NCBI GenBank assembly: GCA_040285855.1 | Contig: JAUFOQ010000010.1 | Coordinates: forward strand, 1,116,001-1,180,000 | Direction of reading: 5' to 3' | Length of the DNA: 64,000 bases | Origin: Eukaryota sp. GEM-RC1 | Lineage: Eukaryota | In this document: piece by piece, positions 26,201 through 38,960 of the stretch | Layout: every line of letters begins with the position of its first letter | Numbering within the stretch: the stretch's first letter is position 1 | Notes under the pieces: generated by a model | Seen by the model: only the letters and a program-made list of their open reading frames with translations | The model's database searches: none | What the model was told of the DNA's origin: nothing | Position numbers and translations under genes: made by a program

Positions 26201-27779
26201 ACTTCGCTGGTCCGGTCAGCCTCCTAAGAAACCAATCAGAATCATTCCAGAATGGTTCAAAGAAGAAATAGAGAAAGCCCGCAAAGAAAAAGAAGTCATC
26301 GACATAAGCTCTGATGAATATGAAGAAGACCCCTTACCTTCAATCACCTACTCAGTAAGAACAGTCGAAACTCAAGACACAGCCTGGCTTGACACCCTGC
26401 GCACCCAACAGCAACTAGAACTAAAAGACTCCAGTGACAGATGCTCCTGGGACGCCGAAGCTCAAATGTTTGTCACCCCTGATAACAAAATCCTCGTTCC
26501 TGAATCTCTAAGAAAAGAGGTAATGTGGAACTTTCACGGATATGCTCACTGTGGTCACCCTGCCTTGTGGCAATGTCTCAAAGACATAAAAAACAGCTGC
26601 TACTCTTGGCCAACATTAGAAACTGCTTTAAAAAATCACATCGACTGTTGCCACTCATGTCAGAAGACAGCCCCAGCCCCCAAGACGAAAACCCAATCAA
26701 CCGGATCCCTGTTTGCAATGAAACCGTTCGGCAATATCCACGCCGACACTATAGGACCCTTGCCCACAGACAACATTGGAAACAGGTACGTGCTAGTATT
26801 CGTAGACGCCTTTACGAGATACACCATCTTATGCCCCTCAGATAAAATCTCCGCCACTAACTCAGCATACTGTCTTATCAACTCGGTATGCGCCAACTTC
26901 GGCATACCCGACATGATCCACTCAGATAATGGACCCGAGTTTTGTAACGCCACCTTTAAAGCATTATGTGCCTTGCTGAACATAACTAACTCCTTTTCGC
27001 TCCCCTCACCACAATCAAAGTAATGGCCTGGTTGAGCGAAGAAATCGAGAAATCAACCAAACCCTGAAGAGATTTCTCCTAGACTTAAACGACTTCCAAA
27101 ACTGGTCGACTCACCTACCTATGGTGCAGTTGATGATCAACAATCAACGCCACTCAGTTACCAGATGCACTCCATGGGAACTAATGTTTGGATCTCCAAT
27201 CGACCCTAGAAAACCTGCATCAGATCTACTGGAAAAACTAACAGCCAAACCAATGCAAGAAACAGGCAACGTGTTTGTCGATGCCCTCGCTGCAAAAACA
27301 ACCTACTTAAAAGAAAAGTGGAAAAAGCAGCCAAGAACCAGCAAAGTCATCTAGACAAACTTAGACCCAACTCAAAACCGGTCAAGAACCCCTTTGTCGT
27401 TGGTGACCTCGTACTTCGAAAGAATGACCAACCTCAGCGCCTGCATGGCTCATGGTTAGGCCCTTTTCAAGTGCTAGAGAGCTCTCCCGACTCCACGAAG
27501 GTTAAAATTCTAAACTTCGTCACAGGTAACGAACTTACAACCTCCAGCTTGCTCCTTCGCCTATTCATGGCCCACTCATCCAACAAGGAATATCTGACCG
27601 CCATCGCTGCTATGGACCAGCAAGAGTCTATACTGGTGAAAGTGCATGACATTGATCACAGATCCAATAGAGCCCATGTAGAATGGATAGACGGCTCTAC
27701 ATCTATGGAACCTCTCGATGAAATCCGCAAGACCACCGCGTGGTCCAAGGCCAAGCACCTCCACGATGTTCCCCTTTGA
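23124..27779 (+). CDS. pol: Pol: protease, RT, RNase H, zinc-ribbon insert, integrase, chromo-like domain; four 1-nt frameshifts in short homopolymers
   Basis: ALIDSAC; LDLPKAFWQ..FGLKN..YMDD; TDAT..KELFAI..DHKN..ADLLSR; H..H..CHSC; HADTIGP..SDNGPEF..NGLVER; WLGPF; VEWIDGSTSMEP. Confidence 0.92.
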
Positions 27780-27828
27780 AAACACTCGCTGCTCTTAAGC
27801 CATGAGAGGCTTCAAGAAAGAAGAGCAT

Positions 27829-27939
27829 TGTTAGCACAGCAAGTGTTAACACGTGCTCTATTAGTGAACTGTAGTCTTATTTTCTCTCCTCTTATAAAGG
27901 TACCGTCCTTTTTCACTTTCAGCCTTAAACAAGGCATCA
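27829..27939 (+). repeat. 3' LTR (111 bp)
   Basis: Matches the 5' LTR except for a 12-bp indel (ACTTAGATTATT) and one substitution. Confidence 0.95.
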
Positions 27940-30900
27940 TCAAATCTCAAACTATCAAGTTACTACAACACCTGTTGAAGTGGTTTTTTCAGCCTTGAAT
28001 CTATGTCATACCGTTACTTCTCTTGCTCTCCATAATATCTCTATTCATGCGTGCTCTATTTTTGACAATCAATCGTGTCTGACAGAATTATCATTTACTC
28101 AGTGTTCTTTCAATGGTGACGTGTCAGGATTGGCTAAGTATCTTGCTACCACTACTAGACTTAAAAGTCTATCAATTACAGGGTGTCGTTACAATCCGTT
28201 TCAGATCACGTCATTGATTGATGGATTATCGAGGAATACTTCTGTGACTAATCTTGACTGGAGCGGTCTTTTTGATGACATTGGTGATAATCAGCCTTAT
28301 TCTTTAGTTCACATTGATAGTACTTAGGCTAATTCTGTACTAAACAATCTGTTGAAACGTATCAGCTCCCTATTGATACTGTCGATTCCGTTTGGGAAAA
28401 TTAGAACTACTGTTAACCTCTTGAAAGTTGCATTAGAATCATTCACCCCTTCACATACATGTCTGCAAAGTGTTTATCTGGCGTTTTATCGATTTGCAGA
28501 TCAACACGAGTTTGAATCCTTAGTCTCTTGGTTGATGTGTCAGTCATCATTGGAACGTTTACACCTGGAGGGAAGTTCAGATTTCGATTTCTCATCACAT
28601 CTCCAAGTTAGTTCGCGCAAGCCACTTATACGACCAGGAAAACTGAAATACTTGAGTTTGCAGAGTATATCTTTGCGAGACAACTGGGATTTTCTACATT
28701 CATCAGTTCTTCCTAATTGTCCTCTGCTCCAAGAATTAGATCTTTCCCACAGCGGACTACATGATTTAATAGATAGTCGTTTTCTTCTCACCACCTCCAT
28801 ATCAGTGTTAAATCTTTCTCATTGTCGTCTTGGTGATGCCCAAGTTGAAATCCTGGCTAATTTGTTACTCATGGGCGGTCACTTACGGTTACTCAACATA
28901 AAACACAATCCTTATTCTCTATTAGGTCACTCTTCAATTGTAGAGGCTTGTAGTCATCGAAAGTATGTCCAGGTGTTTTCATCTTATCCTGATGATGTGA
29001 TTGATATTGTTGGATATGATTTATCGGAAAAGCACGCTCTTGCATTGAATCGATTGATGGAATTGTATGATTCATCTGGGAAACATGTCTCTGAGATCAG
29101 ATTTTCTGATTGTTGTTTTTCTGAAGCTTCAGGTTTTGGAAGGTTTGTTTCATTACTGAAAACAAATGAATTCATCAACCATATTGTTTTCATCGAACCA
29201 AAGTTCAGTTTCCAAGTTTTGCTTATTTTGTACGCTAAAATGAAGCTCATGAGTCATGTAAATGTTACATTACTTCCATATCAATTGAACGTAAGCAGTG
29301 GATTACTTGGATTTGTCGGACCATTGAATTGGTTTGTTGGTTTATTCCCATCAAATTTGATTGAACTTTTAATTGAAACTTCAATCAAAATGCTTGACTG
29401 CTCCAAAGCTACCTTCGACTCAGTGGATACTGAATTTCAACTTGGGTTGATCCTTCTTAAAGCCACAAATTGTTCTTTTACAACACCGCGTGTGAAATGG
29501 GACGGTGAGAATCTAGAATTAGATCTCTCTGAGTTACGAATTGAATATTTGACAAAATTTAAATGTTTTCCTTGTTTAAAGAAATTGAATTTGAGGAGAG
29601 TAAAAGGATTTAGTTGTAATGTCCTGGATTTATTTCCTTATTTAGAAGATCTTAATCTTTCTTTTACATCAAATGTTTCGAATTTTGAGCGATTGAATGA
29701 TTTTGTTCATTTAGATAGAAGATGTGGATCAATATTCCGTGATGAAGCAAAATAGCGATTGTGGAGTCTGTTTCATGTTTGCTCACATCCTAAGACTTTT
29801 ACATGTGTAAATTTTTAAAGTTTATAAACTTTGACTTCTGTCAGTTTGCCCTTTTAGTCACTTCATAGTACATTCACTCATTGATAAACAACTAGACATC
29901 GTTGAAGGTGAAGATGGACTCTCTCTAGGTATAATTGGTTCGCCAGTGATCTCAATTAATTTGTTCTAGCTTAAGACATTCGTGAACCAGTCATACAATC
30001 AACACGGCTACTTTGTCCAATGTGAATGGAGTTGCTTACAAATTGACTGTGGGCAAATATTGGTGAGCTGTTTTCTAGTTCTCTCAACATATTCTGTCAA
30101 TCGAATTCGATTCATTTCAATTTTCCCGTGACTCAAATGAATCTGACTCGACCTGGCTAACTCAAAGCTAAGTGAGTCAACTTGGCTCAAAATTACAATA
30201 CTAGGCAGTGTTGCACCAATTTCAGCCAGCCCCCAGCCCACGGCCATGTTTGGTATTAGACTCAAGCAGATATCAGTGCATAAGTTTGTCCGGAGCAGTT
30301 GACACTTGGCTTAATTTGCTGTGATTAGGTCTGAGATTATCAAGTATTTACCCTGTCATTATGAAATGTCTTTGGTTCTAAATATACACCCCTCATCTAT
30401 TGGTTGTCCGACCAGGATGAACAAACTAGTCAGAATATTGTTAGATACTTCACTGTCACAATCTATTGTATCAGTGCAAAATACGTCTCTCTGGGACTGA
30501 ATTATGTTGTACTTACATTTTCAACCTTTTGGATGCTAATTTCGTGTGACCAGTGTGTAAGTGTTTTTGTATATAAAAATGGTCCTGCAGATGTATTTCC
30601 CATCTATATTTAAATCTACACATCCTAAGAACTTAGAGATGGGATCCGGCTCAATTGTGTTGGCTAACCTAGCCAGCCAACTGATTCAGAACAGAAATAT
30701 TTCCAGCTGGAAGCTGGCTGGCTAAACATATTTTTTGCCGGCTCAAGCCGAAAATTCTAGGTTCTCCGAATACATAGCTGATAATGAACGAGTAATGAAT
30801 TTAGAAATCGAAAATAATCATCTACAGCGCTTATCAGAAAAGTTTAGGGCTACCAATGTTTATCAACGTTCGAGCAATAATAGAATTGGTGCATATAGTT

Positions 30901-31212
30901 GATATGTGTCGAATAATTTCCCTACTGTTTTTCTTGGGGGCACTGATAGTACATTCAGTGCCTTAAGTACAATGTCGCAGTGTCTATTTTTGACACTTGA
31001 TATGTCTATTACATCTTTTACTTCCATTTAAAATGGATACACCTGTGTTCTGAGACAGTAAAAAACCTGCAGTCCGTCAGAGATCTTCTGCCAACGACTC
31101 TGTTTCTTTAGAACTAATTAAGTTCCTTCTCAAAAGTACTAATGTTTTCTCATATTAAGCAGAAAGCCAATTCCATGGTGGAGTTACGATTGTTTCACAG
31201 ATTCAAGTACTA

Positions 31213-31910
31213 CAGTATTCAGAGTATTTGGTCTGGACCAGACTAATTTAAGTCCAGACTAATAATTATAAAAAAGACTTAATCTGGACCAGACTATATT
31301 AAGTGAAAAGAATTAATCTGGATCAACTTGCAGTAACAAAAACACTTTGAAAAACAAGACTACATCTACTTTAAACCCAATCAACTGCCGGAAACAGTGT
31401 CTGCCGTCCTTCTTTTAAATTCTGATAGATACTTGGATATGAATGCCCCTAGCTCTGGTTAAGAACTTTCTCGTTTTTTTACAGTATTTAACGACAACCC
31501 AAAAAGAATCATTGCTAGGCCAGCAGATGTTAATCTTCTTTCATCTCTGTGATCGTTTATCTCTCTCAAAGTCTCTTCTGTCAATTGCAAAAGTTGTATT
31601 TTCCTAGCTTCTGTAGCTTTCAACCTGATACCACAGTCCACACTGTATCAAGTCTGTCTGTTGTAATATATATATCTTTGTAGTTTATATTTAAATGTGT
31701 AAAGAGGAAGGTAAAGGGTGTTATTAAATCAAATGATACGTACTAGTAACACTTTACTGACACCTGTGACTAACATAGTGTAGTGTGTTTGCAATTTATT
31801 GTGAAAACCATACTAATTGTTGTATAAAAATGACCTTTTGAAAGAGATGCAAATATGAATTAGTCTGGACCAGACTGATTGCTTATCCAGAATAAATACG
31901 CTGAGTACTG
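31213..31910. mobile_element. Non-autonomous pogo/Tc1-mariner element
   Basis: 25-bp TIRs CAGTATTCAGAGTATTTGGTCTGGA and revcomp CAGTACTCAGCGTATTTATTCTGGA; TA on both flanks; internal TCTGGACCAGACT repeats; minus-strand HTH-like relic (FGLSLNTVKK..PELGAFISKYL). Confidence 0.8.
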
Positions 31911-31912
31911 TA

Positions 31913-34369
31913 ATATTTGTTTTACCTCCCGTCAGATGAGAGTTGATGAATTAGTTCTAATTGTGGATTTTCTAAGGCAAAATCTGTATATTATACATTT
32001 TGAATGTCATCTCTATCAAATTGACACTGATGAAGACGTGTTTTGTCTTCAAGGAGCAAAAGACTAAAGAGCAAACGTAACTGTTGAAGTAGTCTCATCT
32101 TTGCGGTGTTTTTTGGAGTGTTTCAGTATCAAAAAGTTTACTCTTAAAAAATGTAACTTTACTAAGGAATCCATCACTGCTTTGTGTGATTTAATTAGGT
32201 CTAATAACTCATTGACTTCTGTTGGCTTCAGTGACTTTAAATGCGTCGAATTAACTCAACATGGAACTTACCAAAGGATTGACAATTTCGATTCTTATGA
32301 CGATTATTCTAACTTAATCAGTGCAATTCACTGCAACTCTCGTTTAACTACAGTTACTTTGGGTAATTGTAACATGGGTCTTAAAACTCTACTCACTGTT
32401 TTTGAACTAGTTTCAACCAACAAATTAACTTCGATTATTGATATATCTCCTCATTTAATTGATTTATCTCGTGGGTCTATTTGTTATACCTCCCGTCAGA
32501 TGAGAGTTGATGAATTAGTTCTAATTGTGGATTTTCTAAGGCAAAATCTGTATATTATACATTTTGAATGTCATCTCTATCAAATTGACACTGATGATGA
32601 CGTGTTTTGTCTTCAAGGAGCAGAAGACTACAGAGCAAACGTAACTGTTGAAGTAGTCTCATCTTTGCGGTGTTTTTTGGAGTGTTTCAGTATCAAAAAG
32701 TTTACTCTTAAAAAATGTAACTTTACTAAGGAATCATCACTGCTTTGTGTGATTTAATTAGGTCTAATAACTCATTGACTTCTGTTGGCTTCAGTGACTT
32801 TAAATGCGTCGAATTAACTCAACATGGAACTTACCAAAGGATTGACAATTTCGATTCTTATGACGATTATTCTAACTTAATCAGTGCAATTCACTGCAAC
32901 TCTCGTTTAACTACAGTTACTTTGGGTAATTGTAACATGGGTCTTAAAACTCTACTCACTGTTTTTGAACTAGTTTCAACCAACAAATTAACTTCGATTA
33001 TTGATATATCTCCTCATTTAATTGATTTATCTCGTGGGTCTATTTGTTATACCTCCCGTCAGATGAGAGTTGATGAATTAGTTCTAATTGTGGATTTTCT
33101 AAGGCAAAATCTGTATATTATACATTTTGAATGTCATCTCTATCAAATTGACACTGATGATGACGTGTTTTGTCTTCAAGGAGCAGAAGACTACAGAGCA
33201 AACGTAACTGTTGAAGTAGTCTCATCTTTGCGGTGTTTTTTGGAGTGTTTCAGTATCAAAAAGTTTACTCTTAAAAATGTAACTTTACTAAGGAATCATC
33301 ACTGCTTTGTGTGATTTAATTAGGTCTAATAACTCATTAACTTCTGTTGACTTCAGTGATTTTAATTTCTTCGAACTAACTCCAAAAGGTGTATACGAAA
33401 GGTTTGACAATTTCGATTTTTATGACCATTACTTTAACTTAATCAATGCAATTCAGTGCAACCCTACGTTTAACTGAAGTCACTTTAAGTAATTATAACA
33501 TGGGCATTAAAACTCTACTAACTATCTTTGAACTAGTTTCAACTAACAAATTAACTTCGAATATTGATATATCTCCTCATTTAATTGATTTATCTTGTGG
33601 GTCTATTTGTTATAACCATGATGTTAGTGATGATGAATTACTTCTACTGGTGGATTTTCTAAGGCAAAATCGGGATCTGAAAAGTTTTGATTGTGGTCCC
33701 TATCATATTGAAACTGATGATGACGTGTTTTGTCTTCAAGGAATACGAAACTACAACAAAACAAAAGTATCTGTTGAAGTAGTCTCTGATCTTACGTGTA
33801 ATCTCATTGGGTCTCAAGGTGTCAGAGCGTTGGCAGATGCTTTGAAGGTGAATTCGTCTGTTTCTTGGATCGATCTAGGTAACAACTCAATTGGTAATGA
33901 AGGCGTTTTTGCAATTGCTGAAGCTTTGGAGGTGAATTCGTCTGTATCTACGATTTATCTATCTAACAACTCAATTGGTAATGAAGGCGCTATTGCAATT
34001 GCTGAAGCTTTGAAGGTGAATTCCTCTGTTTCTCATGTCTATCTATATAACAACTCAATTGGTCCTGAAGGCGCTATTGCGATTGCTGAAGCTTTGAAGG
34101 TGAATTCTTCAGTTTCTGGGATCGATCTAGGTAACAACTCAATTGGTCCTGAAGGCGCTATTGCGATTGCTGAAGCTTTGAAGGTGAATTCGTCTGTTAC
34201 TGCTATCGGTCTAAGTAACAACTCAATTGGTAATGAAGGCGCTATTGCAATTGCTGAAGCTTTGAAGGTGAATTCGTCTGTTTCTGCTATCTATCTGCGT
34301 AACAACTCAATCAACAGTCAAACACAACAGACATTAAAATCACTACACAGGAATAGAATGTTTTTTTAA
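31913..34369 (+). pseudogene. 5'-truncated gene: ~3.3 tandem 564-nt (188-aa) units fused to 7 LRRs of a second subfamily
   Basis: Unit landmarks at 31924, 32488, 33051 and ~33614. TAC>TAA stop at 32065-32067 and several 1-nt indels. The C-terminus has SxIxLxNNSIGxEGAIAIAEALKVNSSV repeats. Confidence 0.8.
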
Positions 34370-35404
34370 ACATGTTTTACTTCGATATAAAGATCACATT
34401 TTTCAATCATAAATAATTGCTTATCAAAAACACCATAAGTAGGTGAATGTATAACACACTTCAAAAATGATTGAGTCAATCATTATCCCGAACAAAACTG
34501 AGAAGTGCCTCACCACAAATAATCAAATATCATGGCTATTTAGCAGATGTTGAGATACAGATTTTAACTACTACTCTGGTGAATAACCCACGTCATATTT
34601 ACTCAGCTGGTGCTTTTGCGATTGTTCATACAACACCAGAGATTTATTAGCATCTGAAATAGTGTTTATACTATATCTTTACCCAATATTTGGAATTGCC
34701 AACATTCAATTTCATTATTAACACGACTGTATTGTCTTTTGTGAAGCTTCATTGTCAATATATGATGGTTGAATTATTCTCAGTGATGATTCATTTACGT
34801 GTTTTTGCATTTTTTCAGTAAATCTGACAGTGATTGACAAGGAATTACCAAAACTGTTTTATTGAATATTGCAGTCAAATGCAAAAACACGAATGGCGCG
34901 GTTAAATTTACGAAGAAACAGTGAAACTATTTGGCTTTTTGCAGTTTTTACATAGGCAAGTATAAGCTATGGAAATTAAACAGTATGAATTTGTAATCTT
35001 TGTTAACTAATTGTTGAGAATTTATTCGCAAATTGCAAATATTTTACCAGAAAAAAGAGTGTATAGACTTTTTTAATACTGGTTAGAAGTAATATTATGA
35101 TTTTGTCTTTGTGTCGACAAACAAAATCGGTTTTTGTACATCTTAACTTATGTAACATATACATACTAGGTGACACAGCATAGGATATGTATTCTGTATA
35201 CTATCTGAAAAACACAAAACGTAATTGATAAATTAAAACTAGTCTAGGTTTATCACATACATGTATTATATTAATGACTTCACTTCAGTATGGATCACAT
35301 TTGAATCACAAGTGATGTGATCACAAAAAAGGCCAGTGTGATCCCATGTGTTTGTGATCCACAATTATGATGGTAATTTATGGATTTTAGTTTGTAAGGT
35401 ACAA

Positions 35405-35680
35405 TGTTCTCAATAATTTCCGAATCGAAGTACCTTTGACAGTCGATTCTTTACATCTTCTTCGTAAAAGGGAGTGTCGTTCCAGTCTACATACCCAACA
35501 ACGGCTTCGTTTTGGTTTCCAAACTGGAGAGCAAATCTGTGAAGCATGTTTTTTCACGTCGTTCCTTTCTTGAATACTGTGTGAGGCGATTCCGTCTAAA
35601 CCACTTTTCTTCGTAAATTCCTTCAGTAGTTCTACGATCAAACACACTTCTGAATAGACTGTTTAAAGTAGAAGATTCTC
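35405..35680 (-). pseudogene. Fanzor (eukaryotic TnpB-like) relic, central region
   Basis: Across two frameshifts: YEEKWFRRNRLTQYSRKERRE-KNMLHRFALQFGNQNEAVVGYVDW..KESTVKGTSIRKLLR, matching the Fanzor pattern FYxxxxFRKxxLxxY..FG..GDW..KEPTxGxGxRxL. Confidence 0.7.
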
Positions 35681-36217
35681 AGAACATAATGCAGTATTAT
35701 TGAGGAGGACATTTAAAAGTTGTTCCTGACTAACCTAATACTGATGATGTTCTCAATTAAAAATACTACAGACCCCAATATCACACTAGTGAGATTGGTG
35801 ATTGATCGAAGACTATTAATTGATCATTGAAACTATGAAGACGACTAAGACATAAAACTGTGAGTATTGGGACTTTACCTTTAGTTGAATACATTGTTGA
35901 ACACATGAAGAGATATAAGCTTTGATGGAAATGTCGCAGACATCATTGGGCTTGATAAGTTAAGTTTGTTTCAATTAGTATTGTTGTTTTACAAAATGGA
36001 ACCACAACTTCGGTCCATTTATACTGTAATATTACAATGATCATCAAAGAATAGAGAATCTTAATACGGATTTTTATATGATATTTATTCAAATATTTAT
36101 TAATCCTCCCTGTTCAGGATACCTGTATAAATATATTTAAAGCTAATGCTTTTCATTTAACTCAGGGAAACAAAAAGGTTTATTCAATGTACATCTAAAT
36201 ATATATAAATATATCAA

Positions 36218-38115
36218 TCAATCAACGATTTCGAGCACTTGAGAAGAATGCGAAAGCTTAAAAAAAGGATAATAAACATCATTGACATCATCGATTTTCG
36301 TGCTCATATTGATATATCTAGAATTAATTTCCTGGATGGTGAAAATGTAATTGTCCATGTCAGCAGTTAACTCAAGCAAATCGCCAGGTTTCCAATGTGA
36401 AAACTTCCCGGTGAGTTTTCCTTTGTTACTCTGACACATGTACTTGGAATTAGCCATAACATTTGAATGTGATGAAGAATTGTAGTTCCCAAATGGTACA
36501 ATTCCAACACGCAGAGTGCAATCAGTAGTTCCTTCCCACTTAACTTTCCACTTATAAACTCCTCCTTTCTCCAAGGGTTTATCACCAAGAATGGCACGTT
36601 GTCCTCTACTACCAGTATAGGAAATCTTTTTACCAGAGTTTGATATAACAATGTCAGCATTTTTATACTGAGGAGAAAAAGACATTGAACCTGAAGAGGT
36701 TTCAAGCTCTCTACCTAGTAAATTTCGACTGATTTCTGAAATATGATCACGTGGTACATTCTTGCGGATAACTTTATCCAACCAAATCTCCTTATTATGA
36801 CTTACAGTACCTGTAAAAGTGAGTTTTGACAGCAAATCACAAGAAATATCTAGAGTTTCTGGAACAGTCTCAAAAGAAAAAAGATCAATCAATTTTGATA
36901 AAAGAGTGTGACTAGAATAATCGACTGATACTCTGATGAGGGACAAAAAGTCCTCCTTATTTAGAGCAAATAACTCTAACTTTTCCAACATTTTACTAGT
37001 GAATTCTGGATGATGTTCTCTGATCCAATTAAATTCAGAAAGAACAATAGATTGAGAATGATTAATGAAAGAGTTCAAAAGACTGAGCTTTAACTCCGCA
37101 GAAATATCACCACTGATGGATTCTTTTAATTGGGACATTGAAACTGGAGAATTGTCAGACACTTCAGAGATATTTAAGGTTTCATTTGGATTGGAAGATG
37201 ATTTCGATTTGTTACAATCAATAAGGTCTTTCTTCGTCAACTTTGAAGCTAATTTCAAACTGAAAGAATTTGCATTTTGGACAGCATCATTGAATCCTTC
37301 TTTAATGCTTTGTAATGCAATTAAAGCATTATCAATAAATTTATTGCCTTTATCAGCCAACGTTTCATCAACAATAAGTGACCAATTAACAGTATGACCA
37401 GTGTCAAGTTTAACCATCTTTTGCGACGATTGTCTGATCCAGTTGATTACTAATTCATGGAGAATTGCTTGAGTATTTGTCAAAACTTCGGTAACAACTG
37501 TATGCATCTCATCATTGGCTCTGGAGACTTGCGACGTGGAATTAGACAACAAGACTTGGAACTCCTTGACTTGTCCTTCCAACACTTGTCTAGCTTGATC
37601 AAGTGGAATAAGGTCTTGATTGTGATGTGCATGACCCATATGGATAACACATGAATCACATAGAGATACCGAACACTTAGTACAGAAGTGTTCCAAGGAT
37701 TTAGCGGGATGACGTGGACACTTATGGGAAGATAAGGAAGGTTGTTCATCTAGAGAGAGCACATTGTGCGATCGGAGGGACTTAGGCTTATGGATGGACT
37801 TGGAGCATTCATGGCAAAAGAAGGCGTCGCATTCAGAACAGAACAGTGTTGGAGATGCTTCTTCACACTCAAAGCACACCGCTTGAGCCTTTGAAGACTC
37901 CTTGAAGATTTCGATGACCTCCTGCAAGGCTATGTTGATTCGTAAAGGTGTTTGTGGGATTTTTTCGCGACACACAGGACATGAATCATCTTTTGTTTCA
38001 TCCACACAGCCAAGCATTTATCACGACAGAAGGAATGGTCACAAGAAAGAGTGGTAGGATTTTCCATTAGCTCTTCGCAAACTCGGCATTGTAGTTGAGG
38101 TTGAGATTGACACAT
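36218..38115 (-). CDS. TRIM-like E3 ligase: RING, B-box1, B-box2, coiled coil, SPRY-like domain
   Basis: CRVC..CDHSFC..C..CPVC; CFEC..CSEC..CHEC..H..H; CPRH..FCTKC..CDSC..H..H; C-terminal FSPQYKNADIVISNSGK..YKWKVK..VGIV..YYPFF. One frameshift in the T4 run near 37991-37994. Confidence 0.85.
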
Positions 38116-38139
38116 TATATCAAGGTAAAGAGTGTATTT

Positions 38140-38960
38140 CATTTCAACTTTAAAAATCGTATTAGCGTGGCTAAAATCGAGAGTCCCGCTTTTTGTGCTT
38201 TTTTGAAAGACATTTCCAATGATGAGGCTTCTACTTTGATGACGCGATATCCTCAAAGATATAGTTTCAACTTGAAAGATCATGAATGGATTATCAACAT
38301 TCGTTGGAGGTTGGGTTTATGGACTGTTGGTCTCCTGCAAAAGTATTCTTGTGTGTGTGGTTCTTCTTTAGCCTGTTTTCATCATGTGGTCAACTGTCAT
38401 AAGTTTATTCATTTAAGATCAATTATTCACAACAGTTTATGTGATCAATGTTTAGAATTGTTTAAGAGCAATGGTTTCCATGGGAAAATCGAACCAGTTC
38501 AAAAAGTTTATCTGACTCAATTATGAGAGATATGAGCAGAGGTGATTTGATTGGTCCTTGGTTGTCCGCTCAAGGAATAATTATGGACTTCACTACTGTT
38601 GATGCTTGTAACTCAACTTCTGTTAACAAAATTTTTGACGATAACTATTCAGCTCTTTAAACTGCTGAAAGGAAAAAAATAAATCGTTATGACGAATTAA
38701 TTTTTTGAGATGAATTCTCGCCGACACAATCCTGCTTTTGTTTTTTATCCTTTTGTATTTCTCTTCATGGAATATTTGGTTGCTTCGGTCAACAATTTCT
38801 CACAGATTTTGGCAAATTGAACAAGCAGTATAAAACGAATTTTAATGAAAGTTACTTGCGAGGAAGGTTGTCGTTTTCCCTTTCAAAAGCACTGTTCAGG
38901 TATTTTGATTCGATTGTGAACCGTCTCTTTGCATTGAGACATGAATTTGAGATGATGTAG
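38140..38960 (+). mobile_element. CRE-like non-LTR retrotransposon 3' fragment
   Basis: RWRLGL..CVCG..HVVNC..RSIIHN..KIEP..RGDLIGPWL..DFTTVDAC..FYPF..RGRLSFSL..FRYFDSIV..stop. Confidence 0.8.

Larger units (their letters stand above)
21752..27939 (+). mobile_element. Full-length Ty3/gypsy LTR retrotransposon
   Basis: TG..CA direct repeats at both ends; TCAA target-site duplication (21748-21751 and 27940-27943); polypurine tract AAGAAAGAAGAG at 27814-27825; domain order gag-PR-RT-RH-IN. Confidence 0.97.
20902..29755 (+). pseudogene. RING finger, F-box-like and LRR gene interrupted by a gypsy element
   Basis: CVRC..CNHNFC..C..CPKC RING with a 1-nt frameshift near 20950-20960. Removing 21752-27943 joins ..SNILQ to ISNYQVTT.. 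in frame. An in-frame TAG at 28325-28327 is followed by the same frame to 29755, with LxxLxL LRRs. Confidence 0.8.

Noticed and set aside
28325..28327. Stop-codon reassignment suggested by the in-frame TAG (and TAA at 32065)
   Set aside because: Isolated cases in damaged genes; the sister repeats have TAC at the 32065 position; TAA and TAG end intact genes normally.
33850..34310. Diversity-generating retroelement behind the NNT variable codons
   Set aside because: No template repeat or DGR-type RT is present, neighbouring AAC AAC codons are invariant, and T-ending codons are the local norm.
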